Shown here: piece by piece, positions 42,460-55,289 of the stretch
Numbering within the stretch: the stretch's first letter is position 1
Layout: each line of letters starts with the position of its first letter
Source of the DNA: Schmidtea polychroa
Taxonomy: Eukaryota
Assembly (NCBI GenBank): GCA_044892525.1
Contig: CM097885.1
Span: 214,148,001 to 214,212,000, forward strand
Direction: 5' to 3'
Length of the DNA: 64,000 nucleotides
Program-made: the position numbers and the translations under genes
Notes under the pieces: model-generated
Database searches by the model: none
The model's input: the letters and a program-made list of their open reading frames with translations, nothing else
Told to the model about the DNA's origin: nothing

Positions 42460-44811
42460 CTAAATCGTTAAGGAATTGTTATTTTTAAATTAAAAATTTA
42501 CTGGGGTATTATTCATATTTTCGGAAAACGAAATGTAAGATTTCCCCGACCAAGTTATCCAAGAGTGGCCTACCAATCTACCCCGTCGGCAATTACCCAC
42601 CTTCATACAATCTCAAACATCCAAACTAACCCATGTAATCATTACTACTTTATGAGAAGAAAACGGGATTCATGAAAACAATTCATTATGCTAGCTTTTA
42701 GGTATACTTTTTGGGTTTGACTATCTTCAACTACTGCATGACTGTTACTTCGTTACTATGAACGCTATTATCTTAATTATCGTTATTACATTTTAACAAT
42801 TATATTTTACTCATTTTGCTGCTACGTCGTTAGATTCTACGCGTGCTATATGATGAACGGAAAATCGGCAATTACCGGGACACCCCGTCTTGTATGTAGA
42901 CCCCTCGGGTTTGTAAGAAAATCATAATACCCTCGCTTAAATTGTTATCATGGATTATAATTTAGTTATTTCAATTTAACGCCATAAACATCGTCATAGT
43001 GACGCTTAAATCGGGCGCAGTTATGTGTTCATTTGCTTGTCTATCTATACCGTCAACTATCGACGGGTTCGTTACGATGCATGTTGGTGCATTTAACTAG
43101 CGACTTGCACACTGACACAAAAAATTTCTCGTCGCATCGCCATGTTCTCTGACGCAATCCAGTGGTCTACTAGCCGATACAAGTTTACGACTCTCTCCCT
43201 ATGATTAGGTAATGATGATATCCACATGTGCACTGTGACCTAATCTGAGTGTGATGCATGCGTACATGTGGGCGAGCGATTAATAGAGGTAGAGTTGTAG
43301 AGAGATGCTCTAGTTGAGACGGGTACTCAGTTGGTGTGTCCAAAACTCAAGAAATTCGATTGTGTGGGTGACTTGCGGATTCAGTAGATAAAAATTACTC
43401 TATATTCTGGATTTTCGATATTAGGTCGACTCACGATAAGACCACTCAATACACTCGATCGACTGCCGCCTTCTCAATCAACTCGTTCGATGACTTTATC
43501 AAATTATCAGCCGATTTTCCCCGTCGGAAACTTATCTGGCCATGGGCAACTAATGATTCTCCTATCGCTATTGATATCTTCACTCGGACTCACGGCAAGT
43601 GATTTATTTCCTTATCAAAAAATTTGTTTACTTTCCCCTTTTAGACGAGCCGCTGTCAACGTCAAACCAAACTTTATCAGATATTCAATGTCAAGCTAAA
43701 GTCTAAATTAGTAAATGAATGGGTTTACTCGCTAGTGTCCCGGCAATGTACCTCTCGGGGTTCAATTTTTAAGTGCTTAGCGGATCTTCCAGTGAAAACT
43801 CTAACAATTCATCGCCCATCCCTACTCAGACATCTATCAATATTCGACGGAAAAGCAAATTTTCCTAACAACAACGAACTACTGATCTCAATCCGAAAAA
43901 TTGTCTCCGACTTTGGAAATTTACATTATTTATTCTGGAACTTCAGCGTGACTTCATAAAAGAAAACGAAAGATCCTCTATCAGATCGCGCTCGATGTGA
44001 GAAATTTTACTTTCAACAGTATTCCACCTGCGGAGTCTCCTCACCCCTCATGACCCACCCAAGAAGGCAATCATCTCTGCCGCCGTTCTTGCATCGTCGT
44101 GAGGGACCGTTTGACTCGTCTTTCACAAAATCAACATTTAATATACAATTTATGAATAATAAAATGAATGAATGAATCAAATAGTAGCAAATGAATCAGT
44201 AAAAATAAATGGATCAATAAAGCTCACCCGGCGACCCTATCATTTGGACTCCAAGTATGATGTTATTCATTCCACACAACCGCAGCCTCATCATAACCTT
44301 GGTAGATCTCTCACATGATAAATATCCTTCTCTGCAAATATCACATCCTCATTTTCAGCATCTTCGGGATTTCTTATGAGGGTCAACCTTCCCACTGTTG
44401 TGTTCTCTGCCGTGGTACATTTCCAACTCATCCACATCATACTGGGAGCTCTCAGATGGTACAGTCGCCGGCACCATGAAGAAAAGGCCATTTGTATTTC
44501 AATAAATTTATTTTACGAAATGAGTTTTGTCTTTCATCATTAATAAATTAACTAATACATATAAATCAATCGGCCTACCGATAGTTTCAAAAACTGGAAC
44601 GAAATCGAGTTTAAACTGGTTTCAAATTAATTGAAGGTAAATTCTGAAAATCTCTCGAATTAGCGTTTGCGATTCTAGTCCTGAATTCGGTGAAATATCT
44701 GAAGTCTATGCTCTGTAATCGTGAAAAATTAAAAGTGGTTTTAAGTTTTTCTAAAATTTACCTGTAATCGTGAAAAATTAAAAGTGGTTGTCGTCTAATT
44801 TTTCACGTTAC

Positions 44812-44834
44812 ATATATAGTATTTTTCGTCCAAT
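44812..44834 (-). promoter_or_regulatory. Putative LTR core promoter (ATTGG/CCAAT box plus TATA); copy at 18250..18272
   Basis: CCTGATTGGACGAAAAATACTATATAT; same blocks conserved in the diverged LTR at 57422..57458 (CCTGATTGGA...GACGAAAATACTATAAAT). Confidence 0.6.
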
Positions 44835-45338
44835 CAGGACGCTACCTGCTTGTATTTTTACTATTTATTATTATTTTTCTGTTTTTTATTATAATATATT
44901 AGATTTTTAATGACTTAACTTATTTCTTATTATTATTTTATTTATTTTCCTATTTTTATTATTTTCCTCCTATTTTTCTTGTAGGTTTATTGCTACTTTA
45001 TTGTAATATAATTTTTTTGTTTTAATTAGACTTAAAGATAGTTTTATTTTTTATTTATTTCTTAAATTTCTCTTTTATTTGTTGTCACTTTTTTACTTAT
45101 TCTATTCTATTTCATCTGCTGGGTCCTAAATCGCTTTATTTCCAAATCTCAAGGGGTTTATTGGATTTTATTTAGTTTGTTTACTTATTCTTATTCTTTT
45201 ATTGATATTTTATTGTTCCTTTTTGATTTATTAGCGAGAATTTGATGGTACTTTATTTTTTTATTTTATTTCGTTTATTTTTCAAAGATTACTTTTCTAT
45301 TCGCTCCAGTTTTCGAAACTCCACGTTTTAGCCCAACA

Positions 45339-45900
45339 TTGGGATAAAAATGATGATGAAGCTTGTCCTGTGTATGTAGTGAGTTTTGATAATTTTTCGA
45401 TTACTGAGTTGCCAGTGGGTGAATATTTTTTGAGTATCACTGTTTTAATGGACTTGTTTGGACCTTCTTAGTCTAAGGTGTGGGCTATTTGTGAACCTAA
45501 TTCTGACATTAACTCGTCAGGTATTGAGTCTAACAGGAGGATTTTTCTTGATTTGGGGTTATCGTTTGTGCACGATTCAAAAATGTGGAACAAAGATGAT
45601 GGAGTGCTGTATGAGTCTAAAAAAATCAATTAAGTTCGACAGATGAACGTGGATGAGTCATAATCGATGTTTGTTTTGGCGCTACCTCTTGCCCTAATAA
45701 AAAGTGTGACTATTGAATGTTCTGGGATTGAAAAAGGTCGATGATATGTATGCCGTTATTTAAGATGAAAAATTCGTTGTAGTATATTAAAAGATGTTTT
45801 TGAAATCTAAGGTTACGCAGACTTGATATAAAAAGTTGTTGTGACGGACAGTGTTGTTAATCGCTTGCGACGCGCGATTAGTAATCGGACAAAATAATTT
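45339..45900 (-). mobile_element. Old gypsy gag relic, 5' part (target of the giant element); first 4 nt are the right TSD TTGG
   Basis: Minus-strand LLDSIPDELMSELGSQI...PNKSIKTVILKKYSPTGNSVIEKLSKLTTYTGQASSSFLSQ resembles gypsy gag (PY..LK..LI.RFS...KPSQFLR). Confidence 0.6.
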
Positions 45901-46627
45901 TGCAAAGTTTCGAGAGGAAGCGGAAATGAGGAAAGCATAAACCAAATAAATCGTAGAGAAATAAGAAAGTTTTCGTTACTCAAAACCCACCAATTATTTG
46001 TTTAAATTGATACTTCTCTTTTTTTTATATTTTTGTGTTTTTAATCGATGATTATTTCAGTGTCTGCTTTTTTAATATTAGTAATTGTTATTTTATGTCC
46101 AAAAAGTAAAAGTTTAATCTTATTCGTGAAAACACTTGAAAATATAACTTAAAAAACAGTTTTTAAAAAAATGTAGTTAGTGTAGTAACTTTTTTCAAGC
46201 TATTTATTTCTTGCACTTTTTCACTATTCTCTTTTTATGATTTGAATTCCTCGCATTTTTCCTGTGTTGTTTCTTCGTTTCAATTAAACAACACGATTAT
46301 TCACCTTGTTTTTGCCCTACAGTATTCATTTCAGACATTGATCACTGAGCAACCTGTGCTTCAAATTGTGAATGATGCATTTTGGATTCTATTTTTAAGC
46401 ATTTTCTAATTGTTTAAAGAAGATTTTGTTTAAATAGCAGTTGAACGAAACGTGGTAGATTTCAAAAGTGAAAGAATTTATTAAATAAACTTTATTATTT
46501 TACGTGAATAGTCTACCACAGGACCTAGCAGCTCAAATAAGTGCCAGTCCTAATGCCATTTAAATCTTTCTGGAACAATTGGTAGAAAGAACAAAGTCTC
46601 TGTCAACATGTTATGGATTGGGTTTGA

Positions 46628-47024
46628 CAGTGCTCGAAGTGGAACAAAATATGTGCCGGGATAGGCATGCTGTGGCACCCGGGATTCCAGGCTTTTATGC
46701 AGAAATTTTCAGTTGGGGGTGTTGCAAAACTTTGAGGGGTGTTGCAAAACTTTGGGGGTGTCCACCCATTTAATCATAAGTTTCAGGGGGTGTATCTGTT
46801 TTAATGTGGGGGGGGGGTGTCAAACAATTTTAGAGAGAATAAAGAATATATATATAAATACATATATGGATGTACTATGTGTGACCTTAATTGCAGTATT
46901 TGTGTGCCTATAAAATGAAATAAGTACCGGGATAAACCTATAGATTATATGAAATGAAGTGCCGGGATGCAATTCCGCCTACATAATCAATGCCGGAATA
47001 ATATCCTGGCTATCCCGCCTCACT
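46628..47024. mobile_element. hAT MITE
   Basis: Perfect 14-bp TIR CAGTGCTCGAAGTG / CACTTCGAGCACTG; perfect 8-bp TSD GGGTTTGA. Confidence 0.93.
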
Positions 47025-47032
47025 TCGAGCAC

Positions 47033-47480
47033 TGGGGTTTGACGAATAATGCGTTTGTCATTTTTAGAAGTCTTGTCGAATGTTACGATTGTGGAAAAGA
47101 TGGTCATGTAAGATCTCAATGCGCGAAATTGAAATGCCATAAGTGTAAATATCCTGGCCATTACGCAAGAAGTTGGAAAGTCATTTCGGGAAACTATATG
47201 GTCAATTTGTCAGCAGGAATGTTCGCGTGCCAATAATACCAATTCAAGTAGAAAGGATGCGTAAGCGAGCGCTTTTGGATACTGGATCCTTACTAACTAC
47301 GATTGAAAACTATTGAAGTTCTGGGGTTGAAAAAAATGTATTGCTGGTTGAAGGTGGTAAAATGATTTCTCTGTGAGATATATGTGTCGATGAATTTCTC
47401 ATGGGAAAGGCAATTAATTTGAATGTTGTAGTTACGCCAAAGGTCGTTCCGGAATGTTAGGTTCAGCTATGGATGAATGC
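47033..47480 (+). mobile_element. Degenerate gypsy gag-protease relic
   Basis: CYDCGKDGHVRSQC and CHKCKYPGHYARS knuckles, then RALLDTGS. Confidence 0.75.
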
Positions 47481-49661
47481 AATATTCCTTTCAAAAATGA
47501 AAATTAAATGTACTTTATTCAGGCACTAAAAATAACAATTTTTTAACAGATTTTTTGAAATTTTTAATTTTGGAGCTGTTACATGCAAAATTTTTCATAT
47601 TTTACAAATATTTATTCATAAATATTTAAAATAACAATTTCATATAAATATTTAATAATCAAACATCTAATATATAGAGAACAAAACTAGGTATAGGTGA
47701 TAGGAATTAGGCTTGCCAACTCTCCAGCTTTTGCCGGGAGTCTCCCGGAATCGGCTTTCGTCTCCCGTCTCCCGGTTAAAACATTTGTTAGAAACCGAGC
47801 TGCATATACCGTATTCCATCGACAACGGGAGATAGATAAGAAGCAACTAAACTCGGTAGCGCCGAGGGTAGATTACCTTTATATATTTATCTTTTGTGTT
47901 TATACTTTTCGATTTTATTTCTTTTATGAATGAAATAAACAAAACTTGATGGGAGATAAAAATTTATTTAATTAAATTTGTGTCATTTTCTTAACAAAAA
48001 ACTATGAAATTAATTCGACAGACTTAAAAGGTTATAGGAACATTTCATAGGTTTTCCCCATCCGTAAATCTCATCCAAAATATTATCGTTACACTTAACA
48101 GAATTTACAACTTAATTTTACTCTAACGGTTGATTGACACCATTTTTAATTAATAAATTTGGAAATTATTTGCATTTTTCTAAGTACTGGACTCGTACGG
48201 TCGTAAACTAATTTTTTACCTCATAAAAGTTCTCCGTATAAAACAATATTGCTTATTATGAATCACGAAAATAATGAGCAGTTATGAAGCTGTCCTCTTG
48301 ACATTGAAATTCTTTTCATAAATTTATTTTTATTAATAATAATTTCAAAAATCAAGTATAAACGTGAACTACGGTCGACCTGATTGACTTTTGATGAGAC
48401 AAAAATGTTTATTTTTTCTTTAATGAATATTTTTCTAATAGTAGCTAACTTGTCTAAACTGCGAATTACTTATTTATGAAGTTTTTGTCCGCCTTTGATT
48501 TGTTTTTGTATTCTTTTGACATTTCATTTCTTTTCTTTATCATGAATCCATTTTTCCCTATCCATACAAATTTTTGTCACTGTATTTTGTAATCACTAAA
48601 AATTTGTTATACATATGAAACTCAGGGCCGACTTGATAGGGTGTGCGAAGGTGCGATCGCACCTGGGCCCGCAATTTGGAAAATTTATATAATATTATTA
48701 TTAAATACAAGAAAATATTAGAAATTTACACAATATATAAAAATTTCCTTCAATTCAAACAGTTTCTTTAAAAGTTAAAATAAAGATATTAATGATTTCC
48801 ATTTTTCAAAATTATAATTGCATTGCAGTTTTCAAAATACTGATAGAAAATTGTTATATATGTATATATGTATATTTTCATTTAAGTTATGCAAGTTGGT
48901 AAATAACTTATTGAAATATGTTATATATGCAACGATGTGATGTCAATCATATTTTATATTTGTAATTTATTATAGCAGATCCCAATCTCTTAGGCCTCGC
49001 AAACGTTCAAGCCGGTGCTGATAAAAGTGATATGGTTTAACCGTTAGACTGAGGAGAGTCAATATGTAGTATGTAGTATGTCTCTTCGGAATGACTTCAG
49101 CAGCGTAACGGTTAATATATGGAGTGATTGAGAAGTTAGTAGCTTTGAACAACTATTTTTAAAAACTATTGCACCTTCATAATTTTTAGACGTTCTATTG
49201 ATACACTCTGACTTACAGGAAAAATCTAAAATCACGTGAAACTTTAAAAACGACTTCGGATCAGAAAAGTTTTGTAACAACCTTATCATCGCGATAATGG
49301 TCTAATAAAACAAAAAATTCATTTTGATAGCATACCAAGAACAAGATAAAAAGATTGTTAATGATAAAGTGAATAGTTTACAAATCATTAATAATATTTA
49401 TTCAAAATTAATTTGTCAGTGTTGCCCGTGTGCCCCCCTCCCGTTGGTAATAGATTCCAAACATCCAAATCCCTCAATTAAAACAAGAAATCAATTTCAA
49501 GTATGTAGACAAATATTAAAATTAACAATTTAAAATTACAAAATATTAAAATATATCGCGTAGTCGTTGATTAGTACAGAAAATACTTGGTCACCGATTA
49601 AAACAAAAATAGTTTGACTATGATCTCAAATGATCTTGTCTTTAAATAATCTTGATGTATA

Positions 49662-51647
49662 ACCTTTGAATTAGAGCCCAGAAAACCTAATCCAGTAGTG
49701 AAAAAAGATGAAATAAAACTGTTAGTTCCATATAGTAATTAAGAAACGGGATGTCAAATTGAAAACCAACAAATAATATGACCTTGACCTCAAATTATTT
49801 AAACCTTCAAATTACCTTTAGAGTTGGAGTATGTGTTTCACACTACTCATTATACTCTACTATACCTTTTTAATGGCATTTACCGCCCAATTATAAGGTC
49901 CAATCTTGTTTTGGCTATAACCATATATAAACAGAATTTAATTCTCTGCAAGATGGCTTGATCAGAAATTTTAAATATTTGTGTTGTATGTGTTACATTC
50001 ATCACATGTTGTAATTTTTCATTTTTTATATAGTAAATTTTATTTTTACTGTAACAATGTATAGATGAAATTTAACTCTCCATACATTAATCTGATCAAA
50101 ATATAAAATATTGAATTATGACTACTACATATATATTTTAATGTATATTTTTTATTTTTCCACGAATTGGAATAACTTGATTAAGTTTTCACTGTAACAA
50201 TGTAGAGATGAAAATTAATTCTCTACAGCAGTAGTTCTTAACCTTTTCAAACTTATGGACCCCATAAATATATAATTGGTACCGACGGACCCTTGAAATG
50301 TTAAAAAATTAATAAATTGATAGTAAAACACATGCATTTTTTAATAATTATTTATAAATCTGTTTATTCAGCTTCAAACAAAAATAATAAAGGTTTTTTG
50401 TAAATAGTGCCGCGGACCACTTGGAACCCGTTCGCGGACCCCTGGGGGTCCATGGACCCCAGGTTAAGAATCACTGCTCTACAGTATATAAACGTTTCAC
50501 ACAGGAAAGATATTAAATTAAATACCTTTTAATCTATGATTGCAAATAGTACCATTATTTAGTTATAATTATAGACTTATGATACTGATAGACCATCGTT
50601 TTCGACTGTGATTAAATATATTTTACTTCCATAATTGTCAAAATTAATATGCCATAATTTAGCTATATCTGTTACACCTGTATCCACGCGACACTCTTTT
50701 CTACAAGCAAGTACTGTATAGCCCCACGCCAAATTCAATTAAAATAAATTTGAAAATTAGAAATTTTTTTGGAAAAATCAAAAATATATTCGAACTGAAT
50801 ATTCAACAAATAATGTGCTACTATTAAAACTTTGCCGCATAAGAAAATCGCTGATTGAGAGAACGGATGGGGGGGTGTCACCTTACAGTTGTCATGATGC
50901 CATTTTCATACGTGTTCCAGCGCGATACGCTTTTTAAAATTGAAATTATTTCATTCTTCGGTGTTGAGCATCATGAAAAATCCTAATTATTGGACATAAC
51001 CTTGAAGATTTTTTATAGTCCACAATGAAATCCGTCTAAATGCAGGACAAGCCTTCATCAAAATTATAAATCAAATTAATTCATCCGTATTAAAACATTA
51101 AAGTAAATCAAATGACTATGGCGATAACTATTATTTTGCCTCATGATTATGGAAATAATGTTTTAGGCCGAAATAATGATAATAAAGTTTCGATTGTTAA
51201 TTTATTTTGGTTGAATTATTACAGTAAAGGTTCATTTCTGATTCCTATAGAAAAATGACAGCCCTAAATTTTCATTTATAATTCATATAAGGAAAAATTA
51301 GGGACGACGAATAAACTGTGAAAAGAATTAATGGAAACAAGATAGTGTTGGTATTTACAGAAAATATTTAGGGTCCCACGAAGGCTGATTAAACATAATA
51401 CAAAGTTAACATAATAGCACATAAATACAACAATAGGAAGGCGGAAGTAGAATATTTTTTTTATAAATGTTATTTTCATTTTTTAAATATCCCTAAAAAG
51501 AAAAATATACATAGTTATTTTATTCTTCAATATACCTTTGAATTAGGGCCCAGAAAACCTAATCCAGTAGTGAAAAAAAATGAAATAAAACTGTTAGTTG
51601 CATATAATAAACAAGAAACGGGATGTCAAATTGAAAACCAACAAATA
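49662..51647 (+). repeat. Pair of ~114-bp direct repeats (49662..49775 and 51534..51647), ~90% identical by eye
   Basis: ACCTTTGAATTAG.GCCCAGAAAACCTAATCCAGTAGTGAAAA...GAAACGGGATGTCAAATTGAAAACCAACAAATA in both. Confidence 0.85.
50229..50476. mobile_element. hAT (Charlie-like) MITE
   Basis: TIR CAGTAGTTCTTAACCT / AGGTTAAGAATCACTG (14/16); perfect 8-bp TSD CTCTACAG. Confidence 0.93.
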
Positions 51648-54010
51648 TCTATTAATGTTATCATAGATTTTGAAAAGGAGATTCTGAGTAACTGACGATT
51701 TGAATATGCTTTGAAACAAGAAAGCAAAATAAAAGGAGACCCATCTTAACCTTTTTCTTTATGGTTTATTTTACAGTTGCTTTGTACTTAGTTCAGGTTT
51801 TAATTATTTATTTCTTTAAAAAGAAATTCACTCAGAAATTATTGGTTTAATTAAAAGCCACTTCGCGACAAGTATTTCAAAATAGAATAATTTGATTGGG
51901 CAGCTTGTTGCGCAAGTCTTGAAAATCAAAACTTTAGAATAAATTAATAAAAAGAAACAATTTAATCAAAAGCTACTTCAAGAAATTAATTATTTAAAGA
52001 ATAAAAATTCGAAATTTAATTTTTAAGACATTTGATTTTTTAATGTAAAATTATGAAGCGTCATATGTCTATTATTATTATGATAATGATAAATATAAAT
52101 GGATGTTATGAGATATAAAGTGACAGGAATTTCTTTTTATTCCAATATTTTTAATTATTTAATCAAAGTGAATAAAAATAATTAAGGACCAATAACATTC
52201 ACTCATTTCGCCAATTTGAGTATGAATATTATGATGTTGGCGTTGATGCAACAAGTCTTCATTATTTACTGACCAAACACCAGCTGGCAGATTGGCAGAT
52301 ACTACAGTTGGTTATTATGTCATTTATAAAAGATGGGTTGACCACAATTGTGAAGAAGCACATAATATTTGTAAGCCAAAAATGATACATGCATGTAGAG
52401 TTGTTGCTATCCAACAATAATATTTGTTCATCACTGATTGAATTCAACAAACCCAACATTGAGACCAGACTGTTTGTTAAATGCAAATATCAGTGGTGAA
52501 ATCGTTGTTTTCATTATCGTGATTATTAATTAATTTCAATATCATCTCGTTTATTCTCTCAAGGAGACCCTTGACTTTTCAAATTTTTTCTTAATCTCTT
52601 GCTCGATCCATTTGACGTACCCAGATGTTTAGAGGAACATCTTTATTTCACCTGTATTTTCACTGCCACCCGGAAAGCATTTATTGTATCGGTCATTTCG
52701 CATGAAATTGTCAAATTAATCATTAACATTCTTTTGACCACAATATATTTTTAATCCATTTAATGGGGACTTGAAATCTTTTGACAGGTTTCTGTTGAGT
52801 TTGTTGTCAAATTTCATTCATACTCGCTATTTGTTCAATTTGTTTCAGTGTCTTTGCACCGTATAATTCAATTATCCGCTTTGTAAGCACATTTTCACGA
52901 CTGACACCAACCGACATCCATAAAAATAACTGATCAGTGAAATGTGGTTGAATATTTTTTATGGCTCAGTGAATTTTTTTAGACATGAATGGAAAAATTA
53001 ATTTTATATAAGCTTGTGAATAATATAATTGTAATTGGTAGCGGATGTACAAGGTAAGCTTTTAATAAATTGGTGAGGCTTTATATATCTTGTCGCTTCT
53101 TACAAATTTTATCTAAAATGTTTTATAGGTAACTTTTTTGTACTTTATTTGAAGAACGTGAATTTCAATTTAAAATCATTTCCAGAGTTTTGTAGGGTTA
53201 TTTATCTTTCATTTTTCATTCGCCACCGCCGCATTCCTTTTACTCCCTTAGGAATTTTCATTTTTCTAAATTTTAACTAATTTTGCACTTAATAGTATAA
53301 TCGCAACAATATGAACTTATTCGGCAGATAGTTTGAGGTTACGGGAGATAATGGTAATTTTGGTTTGTAATGATGAATTATATTTTGGCGAAACAAAACA
53401 AAGGGCTCGTTTTTTATTTTTGAATTTACAGAGTTAAGAATGATTAGAGTAATTCCCGAAGTGAAAATCGAACATAAGTCTTCTACGACAGTTTGTAAAC
53501 CCTTCATATTGTCTGATATTACAGTTCACGGGGATGAACTCACTTTTTACGGACATTCAGGTATCCACTCAAAAGGCATTGGGTTGCTAATGCATTTGTA
53601 TTCTGGGTTACCCTAGAGACAGCACGAAAAGGTATCGTAACCTTTATAGCAGTCTGTTTTTTCAGATACTGTTCTCTGAACCGTGCTACTTTGTTCCAAA
53701 TTCGGATTTTCTTCGCCAAAATATTTATTGCCTTATCAATTAGTTCCATAGCATAATCACTTGCTGTTAGTTTCCTCTTGGAAACATATAAAAATATAGA
53801 AATATAGAAATATACATATTTATTAATTTAGTAGTACGCAACGAGACTATTAGAAAATGGAGAAGAAAGAGAAAGAAAATAGGTATTTTAGATTTATTCT
53901 ATGCATATATGCAAATTGGCGTGGATGAAAGTATGTGGGGATTTCAACTTTGCATTTTTGACTGGAAATGATGCGCATTAACGAGATTAGGATTTGAAAT
54001 TGATATTGTA

Positions 54011-54260
54011 CAGGGTGGGCCAAAAGTAACGCTCTATTTTATATATATTAAATTTTTTAATCTTAATCCCATTTTTTTAAATTAATCCCATATTCTAATA
54101 GCACGTGTTTCATATTTTTTCCATGCCAATCCTTAGCACTTTAGAAAGAACCAAACTGATAGAAATGTATTATTCTAACGGAAAGTCGATTATTCTGACT
54201 CAAAGATCGTTTGCAAAATATTTTAATGTATCAAAATATCCTTCAAGATCCACTATGCAT
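54011..54260 (+). mobile_element. Tc1/mariner 5' fragment
   Basis: TA|CAGGGTGGGCCAAAAGT terminal; ATG at 54123 gives MPILSTLERTKLIEMYYSNGKSIILTQRSFAKYF..PSRST (mariner-type HTH). Confidence 0.7.
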
Positions 54261-54299
54261 AATGACTATGCATAATGACTGAAATCGTGAATCGTGTGT

Positions 54300-55270
54300 T
54301 GGAATTTAATAATGGGATAAGAAAAGGATAAAGAAAAGGATACATTTATTGATGAGAAAATAGTTTTGCAGATGAACTTAAAGCATGGATACTCAATTTT
54401 ATTTTGAAAACAAAAGAAATTGAACGTCTTTCAGAAGCTAAAGCATTAAAAATATTGAGGTTAAGTATTGATAATATTATATTAAAATGGAATGGAATCA
54501 ATGATATTGGTCACGAATTAGAGGAAAATCAAATGATAAGATGAAAATTTTTACTCATTATGTGGCCGGAATAACCTGAATTCTTTCAAATGCAAATTAA
54601 TTAAGACCCACATATTCTTATCTAAAACGACTAAGTAAAGGAAACTGTGATAAAACAATTGATGGAAAGTGAGATGGTTGAATGAAGAAATTGGAACCAA
54701 TGATCCTGTTCATGGCAGTTGGAATGTATCAAATGATAAATGCAACAGCCTATGGTGCGAACTAGCTTTATTGATATAGGAATAGTGTTAGAAATTGATG
54801 AGAATATGATGGAGGATGCCGCTGATTAAGAAAATAAAAGGACATTAGGCATATAAAAGAATTAATTGCAGAATATGCAATAGAAGCAGAAATAGTGTAT
54901 GTGTCAACAACAGAATACAAAGCCAACGCACTGACTAGAGTACCTTCGAATTGGAGTTTTAAATGGTTTTAAATTATTTAGGCGAAGTGCTACAAAAACG
55001 GGAGACGAACTGCATCGAATAAGTCATTTTAGACGAGAACAATTGAAGTAGGAATTATTATCTCTGATTATAAGTTACGGGAAATGTAATAAATGCCAAT
55101 TTGTTGATCCTCAAACATTACAAACAAGCAAGGGTTAGAGATTAGCTATTGGTGTGACAAAATATAATCAGAAAAAGTTTTTTTACCATTATTGATTGCC
55201 GTTCTACAACAAATGTTTTTGGAGAGAAGACCATCTAATGAAACTAATGATAGGTGGAATTAATTTGCAA
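54300..55270 (+). mobile_element. Highly degenerate gypsy RNase H / integrase relic
   Basis: Broken peptides GIVLEIDENMMEDAA, KANALTR, CNKCQ, FTIIDC. Confidence 0.45.
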
Positions 55271-55289
55271 ATCTTTTCAGGGAAGTATG

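Larger units (their letters stand above)
14593..45338 (-). mobile_element. Giant (30.7 kb) intact env-bearing Ty3/gypsy LTR retrotransposon, Burro-like
   Basis: Two 4,184-bp near-identical LTRs with TG...CA ends, 4-bp TSD, tRNA-Pro PBS, uninterrupted polyprotein with PR-RT-RH-IN in Ty3/gypsy order. Confidence 0.97.
41155..45338 (-). repeat. 5' LTR (4,184 bp)
   Basis: Direct repeat of 14593..18776; followed on the minus strand by the PBS. Confidence 0.97.
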
